Shown: positions 22,854-35,824 of the stretch, piece by piece
Numbering within the stretch: the stretch's first letter is position 1
How the letters are laid out: every line of letters starts with the position of its first letter
From: Centroscyllium fabricii
Taxonomy: Eukaryota
Direction of reading: 5' to 3'
DNA length: 64,000 nucleotides
NCBI GenBank assembly: GCA_051313645.2
Contig: JBNRSN020000019.1
Span: 80,662,001-80,726,000 of the forward strand
Position numbers and translations under genes: made by a program
The notes under the pieces: model-generated
The model's database searches: none
Seen by the model: only the letters and a program-made list of their open reading frames with translations
What the model was told of the DNA's origin: nothing

Positions 22854-23363
22854 TAATTCTACAATAGCATAACCTAGGGTGTAAAAATAGGGAGCCCCCT
22901 TTTGATCTGAACTAGATTATCATATGTCTTTCACAAGTGTCTGCAATCTTTCTGAAGGCCGACTGAAACACTTGGATAAGGTCAGATACAAATTGTTTTA
23001 CTGTCTTAAAAAAATAAAGCAGTTTGTGAGCACACAGAGTAACAGGCAAAACATCTTCCCCTTTACGTCAATCTCACTTCTCTCTTTGAAATATGAGAAA
23101 AAAAATAATAAACCACATTCTCTGTCCCTGTTGTAGCTGACTTCCTTGTTATTGCCAAATCCTTCTTTCTAGACAACTTCTAACTGCAAAAACTGACCTC
23201 CTGCACTTTAGTTTCCAACTCTGGGCTCCTGGTGTACACCTCATAGCCTCTTGTTTAAAACCTGACTGCCCATGCTTCCCTTTGTCCTTTTCTCTGCATT
23301 CCCAGAAGGATGATGTTTGTGACATCAATAAAACTAGCTACCTCTCTTCATCCTGGCAAGGGG

Positions 23364-23868
23364 TGTCATAGGTTGGCTCTTCCTCTTTAACTGGCAACTA
23401 CCTTATTAGCTCTGCTTGGCAACCACCTCGTTAGGTCTACTGCTCGCACCTGATTGAACAGCCCAGAGTCACCAGTGACAATCAGGAGCTGTATTTAAAC
23501 CCCTGTTTTCTACCCAGTGGTTGCCAGATCGTTTTGTGCTTTCTGACTGAGGTAACCTGTGTTTGTTCTTAGCTCTCTGATCCTGCCTGTTCGAGATACT
23601 GACCTGCTTTCTGGATTGTGGATTCTCTTCTGCCTGACCCCATTTGGATTTGTCGCTTTCGTGGACTGACTACCCGGTATTGATCTGTTTTTGGTATTTG
23701 GATTCTCTTCTGCCTGACCTCTGTTTTGGACTTGTTGCCTCCATGAACTTTCTGCCTATATATCGACCCACTGTTACCAGTGTCTTCTACTGCTCAGAAA
23801 TAAAGTAGTTTACTTCTACATATGCTGTTTCGGTGTATTGCATTTGGGCCCAACCTACACCCATTACA
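23364..23868 (+). mobile_element. Solo LTR related to the chromovirus LTR
   Basis: tgtcatagg...ccattaca; TSD AGGGG at 23359-23363 and 23869-23873. Confidence 0.93.
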
Positions 23869-23969
23869 AGGGGGCCTGGATGAGACACTTGAACCTCATT
23901 GTATCTATTTGAAATAGACTATAGACTGTGGCATTCCACAAGCCGGCTTGTCTGGCTTTAATACACATA

Positions 23970-24907
23970 GGGCTGAGATTTTCCATAGAGTCATAGAAAA
24001 TAGGTGCAGGAGAAGACCATTCGGTCCGTCGAGCCCGCACCGCCATTCAATACGTTCATGGCTGAACACAAGAACACAAGAACAGAAGACACATTCCAAG
24101 CCCCGAGGAGGTGGGCATGGAGCCGGAAAATTCGGAGAAAGTGGGGCGGATGGCAAACCCACCCCCATCCCACCTCCGTGCCATTTTGCCAGGAGGCGGG
24201 AAGATGTGCAGCTTCGGGTCCCGTCTCCTAGAGGTGGGAAAAGCATTTAATCCTTTTAACTGCCTGTTAACAGGTAGTTAACAGGCAGAAAAAAGGATTA
24301 GTGCCATTTTACCTTCACAGGTGAAGGCTTCCCGACCTCGGAGAACCCGCCGGGTTGGAGGACACATGGAGGAGGTCTGCGGTGGTCGGAGGCACCTGGA
24401 GGTAAGATGTAGAGGTGAGTGATGGTGCAGGTGTGGAGTGGTAAGTATGCAAGGTGAGCGATAAGTTTTTTTAAATGTTCACTTACCTTGTTTTCTTCCT
24501 ACAGCCTTCAGCCGCGGTGGATCGGGAGAGCTGACATCCTCCTTGTCAATTTCACAGACTGGCTGTTGGTGCCTCTGAACCAACAGCCATGTGAAATTTA
24601 CAAATTTGAAAGGTTTGATGAGTCCTGAACACAAAGGCTTGTCAAACTAAAGAGAATGTCAGTGTTTGACAGCTTCACATAGCTGAAATTTCTTCTTTCA
24701 AGAAGTCTTGACAGATGGCATGTCAGACATTGACATGCTTTGTCAGTGACTGCCCCCCTAATTGGCCCGCTGAGCCTGCAGGGTGGACTTAACAAGCTCA
24801 ATCAGGGGAAAATCCCTCTGAATGGTCAGGCGAGGATGGAAGCGGAACATTGACATGACAAGTAGCAGTCCTGCCTCCAACTCATCACCATTCACAAAAT
24901 CCAGCCC
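23970..24907. mobile_element. Non-autonomous TIR element (gggctggatttt family)
   Basis: Termini gggctgagatttt / aaaatccagccc; inverted homolog at 38243-39084; partial homolog at ~7250-7593. Confidence 0.6.
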
Positions 24908-26025
24908 TATAGAGTCATAGAGGCACAGAAGGAGACCATTTGGCCAGTCCGTGCTTGCTCTCTGCAGAGCAATTGGGTTTTAATCGCTTTATAGCAGTTT
25001 TACTGTCCACTTGTTATAGCAGGCAAACCGCATTAACACCAGTGCGCCTGTTATCAGTGGTGGGGTCTTAGTTAGATGCTTAATGGGTTCAATTGATATT
25101 TCTGTCTCTCCAATACCTGCAGATTCTTTTAAATCTGTGTGAATTCACTTTGTTTTCAAACACGATACTTAAGCATGACTCAATCCCCAAATCCTTCCCA
25201 TGAAGGGAAAAATGATCAAAAATCTCAAAGCAAAAAAGAGAACATGATGCACAGAATGAACTGCCCACACTTCCTATTAAGCAGAATTAGCGTTCTACAA
25301 ATGAACATTCCCCCAGACTCCGATGCCTCTTCCAATGCTCCCAGTCACAGTTCCCCAAACAGTTTCTCTCCCCCCCCCACAAACAGTTTCTCTCTACCCC
25401 ACCCCCCAAACAGTTTCTCTCTCCCCCCCCCCCCCCCATCCCATAGAAAATGCTGGTATATTTCCAGCATTTTCTGTTTTTATTTCAAACTTCTAGCATT
25501 CGCGGCTTTTCCTTTTTATTATGACACGAAGTAGTAATTGGCCATTGAAGTTCACCACGTGGAGTGCTGGCATCACTTTGTTTTGCAGGGTGTACAGGGA
25601 AGAGTCCAGCAGTTGTACCCAGAATGTGGTTTGTCCAGCATCGCTGCAAACTATATCTTCAAAAAAATAAAACTGTCATTTTAATGTTTGGTGAACTTCA
25701 ATGATATTTTCATGAGCTATTCTGCAATTGTGTTGCATGTTTGTAAACAAATGAGGAGGAAAGGTTTTGCCAAGTACCTGTACTTGTTTTGTATGAAGAC
25801 AGCGCCCCTTTAAAGAAAGACACAGACAGGCTGACTGAGCTTATATCCCACTTAACTACCAATGACAGCTTGATTATCTAACCTAATAATAGCTAATAGA
25901 TTCACGAAACAACAGAGATTTCAGCTAGAAATTACTGATGCGCGTACAATCCTCACCACTTACATCATACATTATTACGGGCAGCCACCTAAAGTGGGCA
26001 AATGGCGCTAGCCATTTTCCCATTA

Positions 26026-27281
26026 TGTGGAGGTGCCGGTGTTGGACTGGGGTGGACAATTGTAAGAAGTCACACAACACCAGGTTATAGTCCAACAGTT
26101 TTATTTGAAATCACAAGCTTTCGGAGCGCTGCTCCTTCCTCAGGTGAAGTAACGAGATTCATTTAAACACAGCATATATATAGAGAGAGAACAATGTGGT
26201 CTCTCCAATTGTTCAACATCACACCTCAGCCGAGAGACATCAAAGCAATCAAAGGTGTTCTAACATATCAGTCAGCCTGAGATCAAAGGGTGCAGTCACA
26301 AAGGGTCAAATGTTACAGTCTGCTGTCTGTGAAAACCCACAGAATGACTTTTTTTAAAAAGGATTTTTCTTACTGGGAATCACATCCTCATCAGCGTAGT
26401 GAGAACAAGCCAAAGACGACTCGAGTCTGGATGACTCTACGTCAGGCGGGGTCACATGTAGCGCGACATGAAGCCAATATCACAGTTGAGGCCATCGTCA
26501 TGGGTGCGGAACTTGGCTATCAACCACTGCTCGACGATTTTGCGTTGTCGTGTGTCTCGAAGGCCACCTTGGAGAATGCTTAGCCGAAGATCGGAGGCTG
26601 AATGTCCCTGACCGCTGAAGTGCCCCCCGACTGGAAGGGAATACTCCTGCCTGGCGATTGTTGCGCGGTGTCCGTTCATCCGTTGTCGTAGTGTCTGCAT
26701 GGTCTCTCCGATGTACCATGCCCCGGGGCATCCTTTATTCAGCCTCTGATCTTCGGGTAAGCATTCTCCAATGTGGCCTTCGAGACACACGACAACGCAA
26801 AATCGTCGAGCAGAGGCTGATAGCCAAGTTCCGCACCCATGAGGATGGCCTCAACCGTGATATTGGTTTCATGTCGCGCTACATGTGACCCCACCTGACG
26901 TAGAGTCATCCAGACTCGAGTTGTCTTTGGCTTGTTCTCACTACGCTGATGAGGATGCGATTTCCAGTAAGAAAAATCCTTTTTTTTTTAAATCATTCTG
27001 TGGGTTTTCACAGACAGCAGACTGTAACATTTGACCCTTTGTGACTGCATCCTTTGATCTCAGGCTGACTGATATGTTAGAACACCTTTGATTGCTTTGA
27101 TGTCTCTCGGCTGAGGTGTGATGTGGAACAGTTGGAGAGACTACATTGTTCTCGCCCTCTATATATATGCTGTGTTTAAATGAATCTCGTCACTTCACCT
27201 GAGGAAGGAGCTGCGCTCCGAAAGCTTGTGATTTCAAATAAAACTGTTGGACTATAACCTGGTGTTGTGTGACTTCTTACA
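26026..27281. mobile_element. Penelope-like element 3' end (GIY-YIG endonuclease remnant) arranged as a long inverted repeat
   Basis: YIGET...LRQRMNGHR...GLN peptide. Arms ~26061-26603 and 26737-27281. Flanking direct repeat cattttcccatta at 26013-26025 and 27280-27292. Confidence 0.88.
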
Positions 27282-27753
27282 TTTTCCCATTAACATAGGA
27301 GTCAATTACAAAGGCTATTAAAACATATTAAGCACGTCAGCTATTTCAGACAATGGTGGATCAAACGGTGGCTATCACCATTGTGATATTGAAGCAGGTG
27401 AATAAGATTTACCTACTAATTTCTCTTCATGTTCATCACTTCGATATGTTCTCTTGGACTTGTGTTGCAGTCGCTTTCAGTTTTGATCGCTTTATAGCAG
27501 TTTTACTGCCCAATTATTAGAGCGGGCAAACCGCATTAACACCAGTGCACCAGTTGTCAGCGGTGGGGTTTTTGTTAAGATGCTTAATGGGTTCAATTGA
27601 CAGTTCTGTCTCTCCCATTCTAACCAGTTTATTTTACATAGGTTAACACCTCCACTAAAATAGCAAAGGAATGCCATGTGACTGAATTAAGCCCTTGTCT
27701 GCTAACATTCCCCAACAGTCAGCTGTAGGTTTTGGCAGGAAGGAATTACTTGC

Positions 27754-27887
27754 CTCATTTTCTCTTTGGCCTCCTCAAAGCTTTCTGACAAAAAATAAGC
27801 TTCCTGGAAGGTAGTGATGAGGCATTCCTGGGTGCAGGTTGTCTTTGGCTCGAATGGCTTCACAATGGCTTTGTCCGACAGTGCGTG
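27754..27887 (-). CDS. TPH2: TPH exon (equivalent to exon 10), 134 bp; GC donor
   Basis: [45 protein letters not shown]; HALSDKA and FQEAYF are TPH2-type. Acceptor tcacag, donor GAG|gcaagt. Confidence 0.93.
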
Positions 27888-27955
27888 CTGTGAGAGACAG
27901 TTACGGGTAAATCAGAAATCACTTGGTTATGAACTACAAGCAGATTTTATTGTAA

Positions 27956-28492
<537 letters not shown>

Positions 28493-29598
28493 TTATAATT
28501 CCTGTTAAGTCGCCAAAAAATGGCTCTTGCATTCAATAGTATTTCAAGCCACTACATGAGTAATTTGCTGTTTTTTTTTATATATATATGTCCTGCATGA
28601 TATGGTGAGTAAATAGATTAACTCGCAGGCTCTTGTGGTAATTCATGCAACTGCACATTCTGAAGTACATCATCTGCCCCAGGAGCAGCGCTAGGTAACA
28701 GTAACTGTGGCAACCACATGCTCTCTGTCGCCAACCAGCGTAACTATGAATCACCAGAACTGAATCTGTTGATCGCTAACCGTGATAATTACCAAGTTCT
28801 TTTATAATCATGCAGATTCTCAAATGCAGAACAGTCACACCTAAATAGACCAAGTCAGTTTGTTCACAGACTAGTGCTATCAAGAATGATATTGAATATG
28901 CTCTGTTATAAGAAGATTGTCAAGTAAACCAATTCACTCAGACATGGCATATTAATTGTACAGTAGATTTTTTATTATAGATCTTGAAAATAGCAACAAG
29001 CAACAATCATGCAAGTAGTAGTGATAATACCAGTTGCAGATTATTTTCAAGGTTGCAACATCAACAATCTTTTTTTGTTATTCTACAAGCGTCACATCTA
29101 CATTGTGTTGAGAGGGATGTCTTAGCATATGGAAAGCTTATCTACTAATGTATTTCCCAGCACTATCTGGTACAGCAATGCCTGCCGCTGTAATTTCTGT
29201 CAAAATTTCATTATACTTAAGTCTGAATTGTCCTAGTGACCTTTGTGATAACAAAAGACACTATTACAAATCTTATGTCATAACAAGGTTTGATTGCATA
29301 TAACACACATATGCACAAGTTACTAATTTGGGAAGCTCACTGAACTTAAAGCAATTCTTTCTGAATTATTGTACGCAAGCTAATTACAAAGTCCAGTTGC
29401 TACATCATACAACAAGTGCGTAATCATAGCATTGTGCCTGGCCCGAAGCTCATCTTTCTACTGCCCCCCCCCCACCCCCGCCCCCCGCCCCCCATCATAC
29501 ATCAGTTCCTTCCCAAAGCTACCTTCTTCTTCCTCCACAACACCAGCCACCACCTCCCCTTTCTTTCTGTTTCTGCGGCCAAAATCCTAGTCCATTTA

Positions 29599-30388
29599 GG
29601 GCGGCACGGTGGCATAGTGGTTAGCATTGTTGCCTTACAGCACTAGAGACCCGAGTTCATAGAAACATAGAAGATAGGAGCAGGAGTAGGCCATTCAGCC
29701 CTTCGAGCCTGCTCCGCCATTCAATGAGATCATGGCTGATCATCCAAATCCAGCACCTGCCCCCTCTCCACATCCCTCGATCCCTATCGAACCTGCACCG
29801 ACACACATCCCACCCTATCCCCATAACCCCACATATTTAATCCCCCTGACACTAAGGGTCAATTTATCCTGGCCAATCAACCTAACCCGCACATCTTTAG
29901 ACTGTGGGAGGAAACCGGAGCACCCGGAGGAAACCCACGCAGACACGGGGAGAATGTGCAAACTCCACACAGATAGTACCCGAGGCTGGATTTGAACCCG
30001 GGTCTCCAGTGCTGTGAGGCAACAATGCTAACCACTATGCCACCGTGCCGCCCCAAATCCAGCCTCGGGTACTATCTGTGTGGAGTTTGCACATTCTCCC
30101 CGTGTCTGCGTGGGTTTCCTCCGGGTGCTCCGGTTTCCTCCCACAGTCCAAAGATGTGCGGGTTAGGTTGATTGGCCAGGATAAATTGACCCTTAGTGTT
30201 AGGGGGATTGAATATGCGGGGTTATGGGGATAGGGTGGGATATGTGTCGGTGCAGGCTCGAGAGGGATATGGGGAGAGGGCAGGGGCGGGGTACTGGGCT
30301 TGGATGATCAGCCATGATCTCATTGAATGGCGGAGCAGGCTCGAAGGGCCGAGCGGCCTACTCCTGCTCCTATCTTCTATGTTTCTAT
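29599..30388. mobile_element. Cluster of HE1-type SINE pieces in alternating orientation
   Basis: Plus-strand head 29599-29658, full minus-strand copy 29659-30052, plus-strand copy 30053-30388. Confidence 0.88.
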
Positions 30389-30689
30389 ACCTTCATCACC
30401 TTTATGCTCGTGTTTTCCAATGCCTTGCCAGCTGACCTCCCGACATAACCTTCCCAAGGTTGAATTCATCCAAAGTGCCACAGCTTATTTCCTCACCAGC
30501 AGCAGGTCCTGCACACCCTACCTTCAGCAAGCTCCAATGCCCCAGCATGTCAATTTCAAAACTCTCAGCCTAGTTTTACATCTCTCAATGGCCTTACCCC
30601 TCCTGACATTATTGATCACCACCAGCCTTGCATCGCTACAAACGTCGGTTGCTGCTCTGACATCATATTTCTCCTTGTTCTTTTGCGTT

Positions 30690-31125
30690 GTTCAATCCAA
30701 GCTTCAGCAGCCACTCGTTCAGCCACTACGCTCCTGCCCTCCACCACTGGCGCACGGTGGCCGCAGTGTGTACCATCTACACGATGCACTGCAGCAACTT
30801 CGCCAAGGCGTCGTCGGCAGCACCTCCCAAACCGATGACTTCTGCCACCTAGAACGACAAGGGCAGCAGATGCATGGGGACACCACCAGCTACAAGTTCC
30901 CCTCCAAGTCACACGTCATTCTGACTTGGAAATATATCACCGATCCTTCATCGTCGCTGGGTCAAAATGCTGGAACTCCCTCCCTAACAGCTCTGTGGGA
31001 GCACATTCACCACATGAACTGCAGCGGTTCAAGAAAGCAGCTCACCACCACCTTCGCAAGGCCAACAAGGGATGGGCAATAAATACTGGCCTTGCCAGCG
31101 ACACCCACATCCCAGGAACGAAAAT
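30690..31125. mobile_element. LINE-derived 3' fragment; related pieces at 34335-34435, 48772-48970 and 60210-60530
   Basis: Shared aagttcccctccaagtcacac...gcagcggttcaagaag...gggatgggcaataaat. Confidence 0.7.
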
Positions 31126-31452
31126 GTTAAAAAAATTCTGTACTCGGTTTCCTCCCCCTTGCATTTTCTCTCCCTGCTTTCAAAATCCTCCTCTTTGGCT
31201 GTGCTTTTTATTCCCCATCCTAACTTCTCCACTCTCTTCCCTTTTCCCATCTTCAGTGTCCATTGCATCCCTTTTCTTGTTATAAAGCATTGAGAGACAT
31301 CTTCCTGCGCGTGAGGAGCACGATACAAAGATAAGTTACTGTTACTGTTTTGGAATCATAGAAACATAGACGATAGGAGCAGGAGTAGGCCATTCGGCCC
31401 TTCGAGCCTGCTCCGCCATTCAATGAGATCATGGTTGATCTTTGGCTGAGAT

Positions 31453-31732
31453 TGTGACCTGAAATAACGACCTCATAGAAGAGTAGTTAGATGAAGAAAC
31501 AATTAGGCTTTTATTCACTACAAGCTGGGACATACACCAGCTAGTCGACTGTCCCCAGGTATGGCCGGGGGATGGGAGGCAGCCACTTATATACCTCTTC
31601 CAGGGAGGGAGGAGTCGTGGGCGGAGCCAACCTGGGCATGTCCCAGTAATCGTATCACTGTACAGGTATTACATCAAATACATGTAGGTTAACTATATAC
31701 ATCCAATACTTATGATAAACGGGTTTATCACA
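31453..31732 (-). mobile_element. Family-C solo LTR inserted in a CR1 tail
   Basis: TG...CA termini; TSD GAGAT at 31448-31452 and 31733-31737. Confidence 0.85.
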
Positions 31733-31737
31733 GAGAT

Positions 31738-32260
31738 CATGTCTGATCTTTCATGTTCAGTACCCCGTCCCCGCCTTCTCTCCGGAACCCTTAATCCCTT
31801 TAGCCTGAAGAAATGTATCCAATTCCTTCTTAAATATATTTAATGAACTGGCCTTCACTGCCCTCTGTGGCAAGGAATTCCACAGGCTCACCACTCTCTG
31901 GGTGAAGAAATTCTTCCTCATATCTGTCCTAAATGGTTTACCCCTTATCCTTAGACTGTGGCCCCTGGTTCTGGACTCCCCCGCCATTGGAAACATTCTT
32001 TCTGAATTTAACCTGTCCAGGCCTGTCAGAATTTTATATGTTTCTATGAGATCTCCTCTCAATCTTCTAAACTCCAGCGAGTACAAGCCCAAACTACACA
32101 TATCTCCTCGTAAGTCATTCCTGCCATTCCAGGTATCATCCTGGTGAATCGCCGCTGCACTCCTTCCATGGCAAGAACATCCTTCCTCAGATGAGGCGAC
32201 CAAAACTGTACACAATGCTCAAGGTGTGGTCTCACCAGTGCCTTGTACAGCTGTAGTAAG
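31738..32260 (-). mobile_element. CR1 3' fragment (tail continues at ~31358-31440)
   Basis: LGLYSLEFRRLRGDLIETYK peptide. Confidence 0.88.
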
Positions 32261-32489
32261 GTATCAAGTGTAGTAAGGAATCAAGTGAAATCGGCTGTGT
32301 TGATCGTTTGATACCATTTCATTTGTAACATAAACTTGATTCATACATTGCAGCCCAAACCACAAGATTTACTGGCTCCCCACTTTCTGAAAACTAGGAA
32401 AGCACAATTTGCAGTAAGCCAATTATAGTACAGTACATGTACCAGTATTGTTTTGTTCGATTCTCAGCAGCACCACATTGCTAGATATT

Positions 32490-33349
32490 GGGCCAGAAAT
32501 TCGGGTGCCTCGCACCAGTTGCACCCGCACAGAGGGTGGCCAATATGCCCCGTGCGATGATCACGCGGGGCATGCCCATGGATCGGAGCTTTCCAATGCT
32601 GAGGGAGAAGAGGCCTCAGCATGGAACGCACAAAAGAATTGCACCCAAAAATCCCGATGTTTTTGGGTGTGATTCTGTGCGTTCATCTGTGGGCAAATGG
32701 GCTTGGAGCTGCACAGGAAAAAAGGAGTCATAACCTGTGCGTTGGTGAGAGCAGTGAGTTCCTGAACAAGGTAATTGACTTTTTTACCTTTAATTTTAAG
32801 TTTTATCAATTTTTGGAGTAATGTGGCCAGATCGCTATCATTAAATTGGCTGTTAAAGTTTTTTTTTTTAATTTTAAAAATCCGAATTTCCATTGTTATA
32901 CCTATTCCAAATCGCTTATTTTTAAATTTAAAATTCTGAAATTTGTAACTATTTCCTTAATTTTAAAAACTAAGAGAAAAAATCGCTAAGACTTACCTCC
33001 ATTGAAAAGCTGCTCTGGCCACGGTGCTCACTGCCGAGTGTGTGGGTGCAGCAGTGGGCGTGGTCCTAATAACGGCCTCACGTCCCTGCCCTCTAAGAAG
33101 TCCGACTGTGAAGCAGGGGGCGTTTTTTATTTAAATTAGGGATCTGTGGGCGGGGCATCACTGCTACGCACGCACGACGGCAACGCATATACAGCGCTCC
33201 TAGCGTGGCTGGACTGCCACGCAGCCCAGGAACGGGGCGGAGCCAACAGGAAGTTCTGGCCGTAAAAAATGTGCGATTCTGGTGCGGTGCTAAAGGTGTC
33301 CGCATGGTCCTTGCACCCGCACAAACCGGCAGACTGGAATTTCTGGCCT
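32490..33349. mobile_element. Harbinger-like non-autonomous TIR element
   Basis: gggccagaaatt...aatttctggcct, 3-bp TSD ATT; inverted homolog at 45268-46103. Confidence 0.75.
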
Positions 33350-34996
33350 ATTATACACATACGGTCAAACTTTGTTCTGCAGGCAAGAAAGGCTCTCTTA
33401 TAGGAATAGTCCTTGGCACTGAACATGAAAGAAATATCTGATGCCTTCTGGAAGCTGTAACAGCAAGCAACAGGAAAAGTCTGACTGATCTAAATATGGG
33501 AGCAATGTGCTAAATGTCTGCATGACATCGATATCACGAAAGGAGCCCCGGGGAGGGGCGGTTGGCTGAAGATTGTCGGAATGATGGGAATATGGAATGG
33601 CGGCGCGCACAGACGCAGCGGCTTTGCTGGACTCTTGGGAGCTTGCAAGATCACATTTCGTTGTTCATGTACTTGTACATTGTATAATGACAATAAAGTT
33701 GAATTATTATTATTATTATTATTATATTAGTATCTGTTACGCCCTATAGAAGAGCACATTTGGGAAGTGAAATTCAACGCAGTTCTTCAGTACTGTATCA
33801 ACCTAAATGATGAGCTCAAGTCACTGGAGTGAGATTTGAAATATAGAAACATAGAAACATGGAAGATAGGAGCAGGAGTAGGCCATTCGGCCCTTTGAGC
33901 CTGTTCCGCCATTCAATGAGATCATGGCTGATCATCCAAACCCAGTACCCCGCCCCTGCCCTCTCTCCCTGAACCCACAACTTTCTGACTCAGAGGTGAG
34001 AGTGCTGCTACTGAGCCAAGGTTGACATGCAAGAGTGAGCTGGCGTTCAAGGTGGGTAAGGAAGAAAAGAGAGAGAGTGCCCAATGTGATATCTTGGCAG
34101 CCCTGGTGGGGGGTCGTTGCACATTTTCTGCAATTGCAATCCTGGGGACGAGGGAGTTGACACTCAGTGCCATTAACAAAGAAGCTCCAAAAACATGAAA
34201 AAGGGGTACTCAGATGGCAAAGAGGGGGCTAAAAACAACACTAGTGGCCACCTTCAACTTCGCTAAACTTAACAACTTTGACATTAGTTTTGCAGAGGTC
34301 TTGGACTGGCTTAGTGGGCTCCAACCGATAAATCCTGCAGCGGTTCAAGAAGGCAGCTCACCACCACCTTCTCAAGGGCAATTAGGGATGGGCAATAAAT
34401 GCTGGCCTTGCCAGCGACGCCCACATCCCATAAATGATTTTTTTTAATCCCCAAGGATGGACAAATAGGGTAAATTCACTGAATCTGTGCTCTCAATGGG
34501 AACCTGCACTGAAAAAATTGACGATGCAATGTTGTAGCTCCATCGCTAACTTATGTCCCATTTGTGTAAACATAGAAATAGAAAACATAGAAGATAGGAG
34601 CAGGAGTCGGCCATTCCGCCCCTATGGCCTGCTCCGCCATTTAATGAAATCATGGTGGATCATCCAAATTCAGTACCCTGTCCCTGCTTTCTCCCCATAT
34701 CCCTTGATCCCTTTAGCCTCAAGAAATATATCCAACTCCTTCTTGAATATATTAAATGAATTGACCTCAAATTCCCTGTGTGGCAGAGAATTCCACAGGT
34801 TCACCACTCTCTGGGTGAAGAAATTCCTCCTCATCTCTGTCCTAAATGGCTTACCCCTTATCCTTAGACTATGGCCCCTGGTTCTGGACTCCCCGACCAT
34901 CGGGAACATCCTTCCTGCATCTAGTCAGTCTAGTCCTGTTAGAATTTTGTAAGTTTCAATGAGATCCCCTCTCATTCTTCTAAACTCTAGCAAGTA

Positions 34997-35824
34997 CAGG
35001 TTGAGCACCGTTAATCCGGTAACCGAATAGCCGGCAGCTTCAGTCTGCCGGCACAAATTGCCCCGACTGCACTGCGCATGCGCAAAATGGCAGCCGCCAT
35101 CGTGGCTTCAACGAATGATCTGCGCATGCGCTTATCATTCAAAACAGCTGTGGGTGTTTTGAATGATCTGCGCATGCGTCGCCGGAAGGTTAGCGCATGC
35201 GCAGATAATTCAATACGGCCGCCGGTTATTTTATCGATAACTGTAATTGAAGCCATGATGTGGAGGTGCTGGTGTTGGACTGGGATGGACAATTGTAAGA
35301 AGCCACACAGCACCAGGCTGTAGTCCAAAAGTCCCACTCGAAATCACGGGCCTTCGGAGCGCCGCTCCCCCATCACCTGATGGGGAAGCGGCGCTCCGAA
35401 AGCCCGTGACCCCAACTAAAACCGTTGGACCACAGCCTGGCGCCGTGTGACCTCTTACAGAGCAAAACGGGATTGGATAAATTGCCCCCCCGCCGACCCG
35501 CGCCACCCTCCTTTCCCCCCCCCCCGGACCCGCGCCTTCCTCCCCCCCCCCCCCCCGCGCCGCGCCACGCCACGCCACCCTCCTGCCTCCCCCCGCAAGA
35601 CCGGCCTTTCACTGCTGCCCGACAGCCCTAAAACCTAAACGGAACGCCACAAAAGCCTGAGCCCATCAAAAAACTTTGCGGCGGCCAATATTGGACGATC
35701 TGCGCATGCGCGCTGCCATTGTGACTGGTGCGCATGCGCAGTGTCCAAACTCGTTCTCCCGGTTTTTTCCATTTCCCGGCACGGGCCTGGTCCCGCCCGT
35801 GCCGGATTAACGGTGCTCAACCTG
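34997..35824. mobile_element. Tc1/mariner-type MITE with a nested Penelope-derived hairpin (~35257-35459)
   Basis: Perfect TIR caggttgagcaccgttaatccgg, TA TSD on both sides; interrupts the CR1. Confidence 0.9.

Noticed and set aside
26946-26975. Second CTGATGA hammerhead-like core in the Penelope arm
   Set aside because: GAAA does not directly follow the putative stem II, so the core geometry is wrong.
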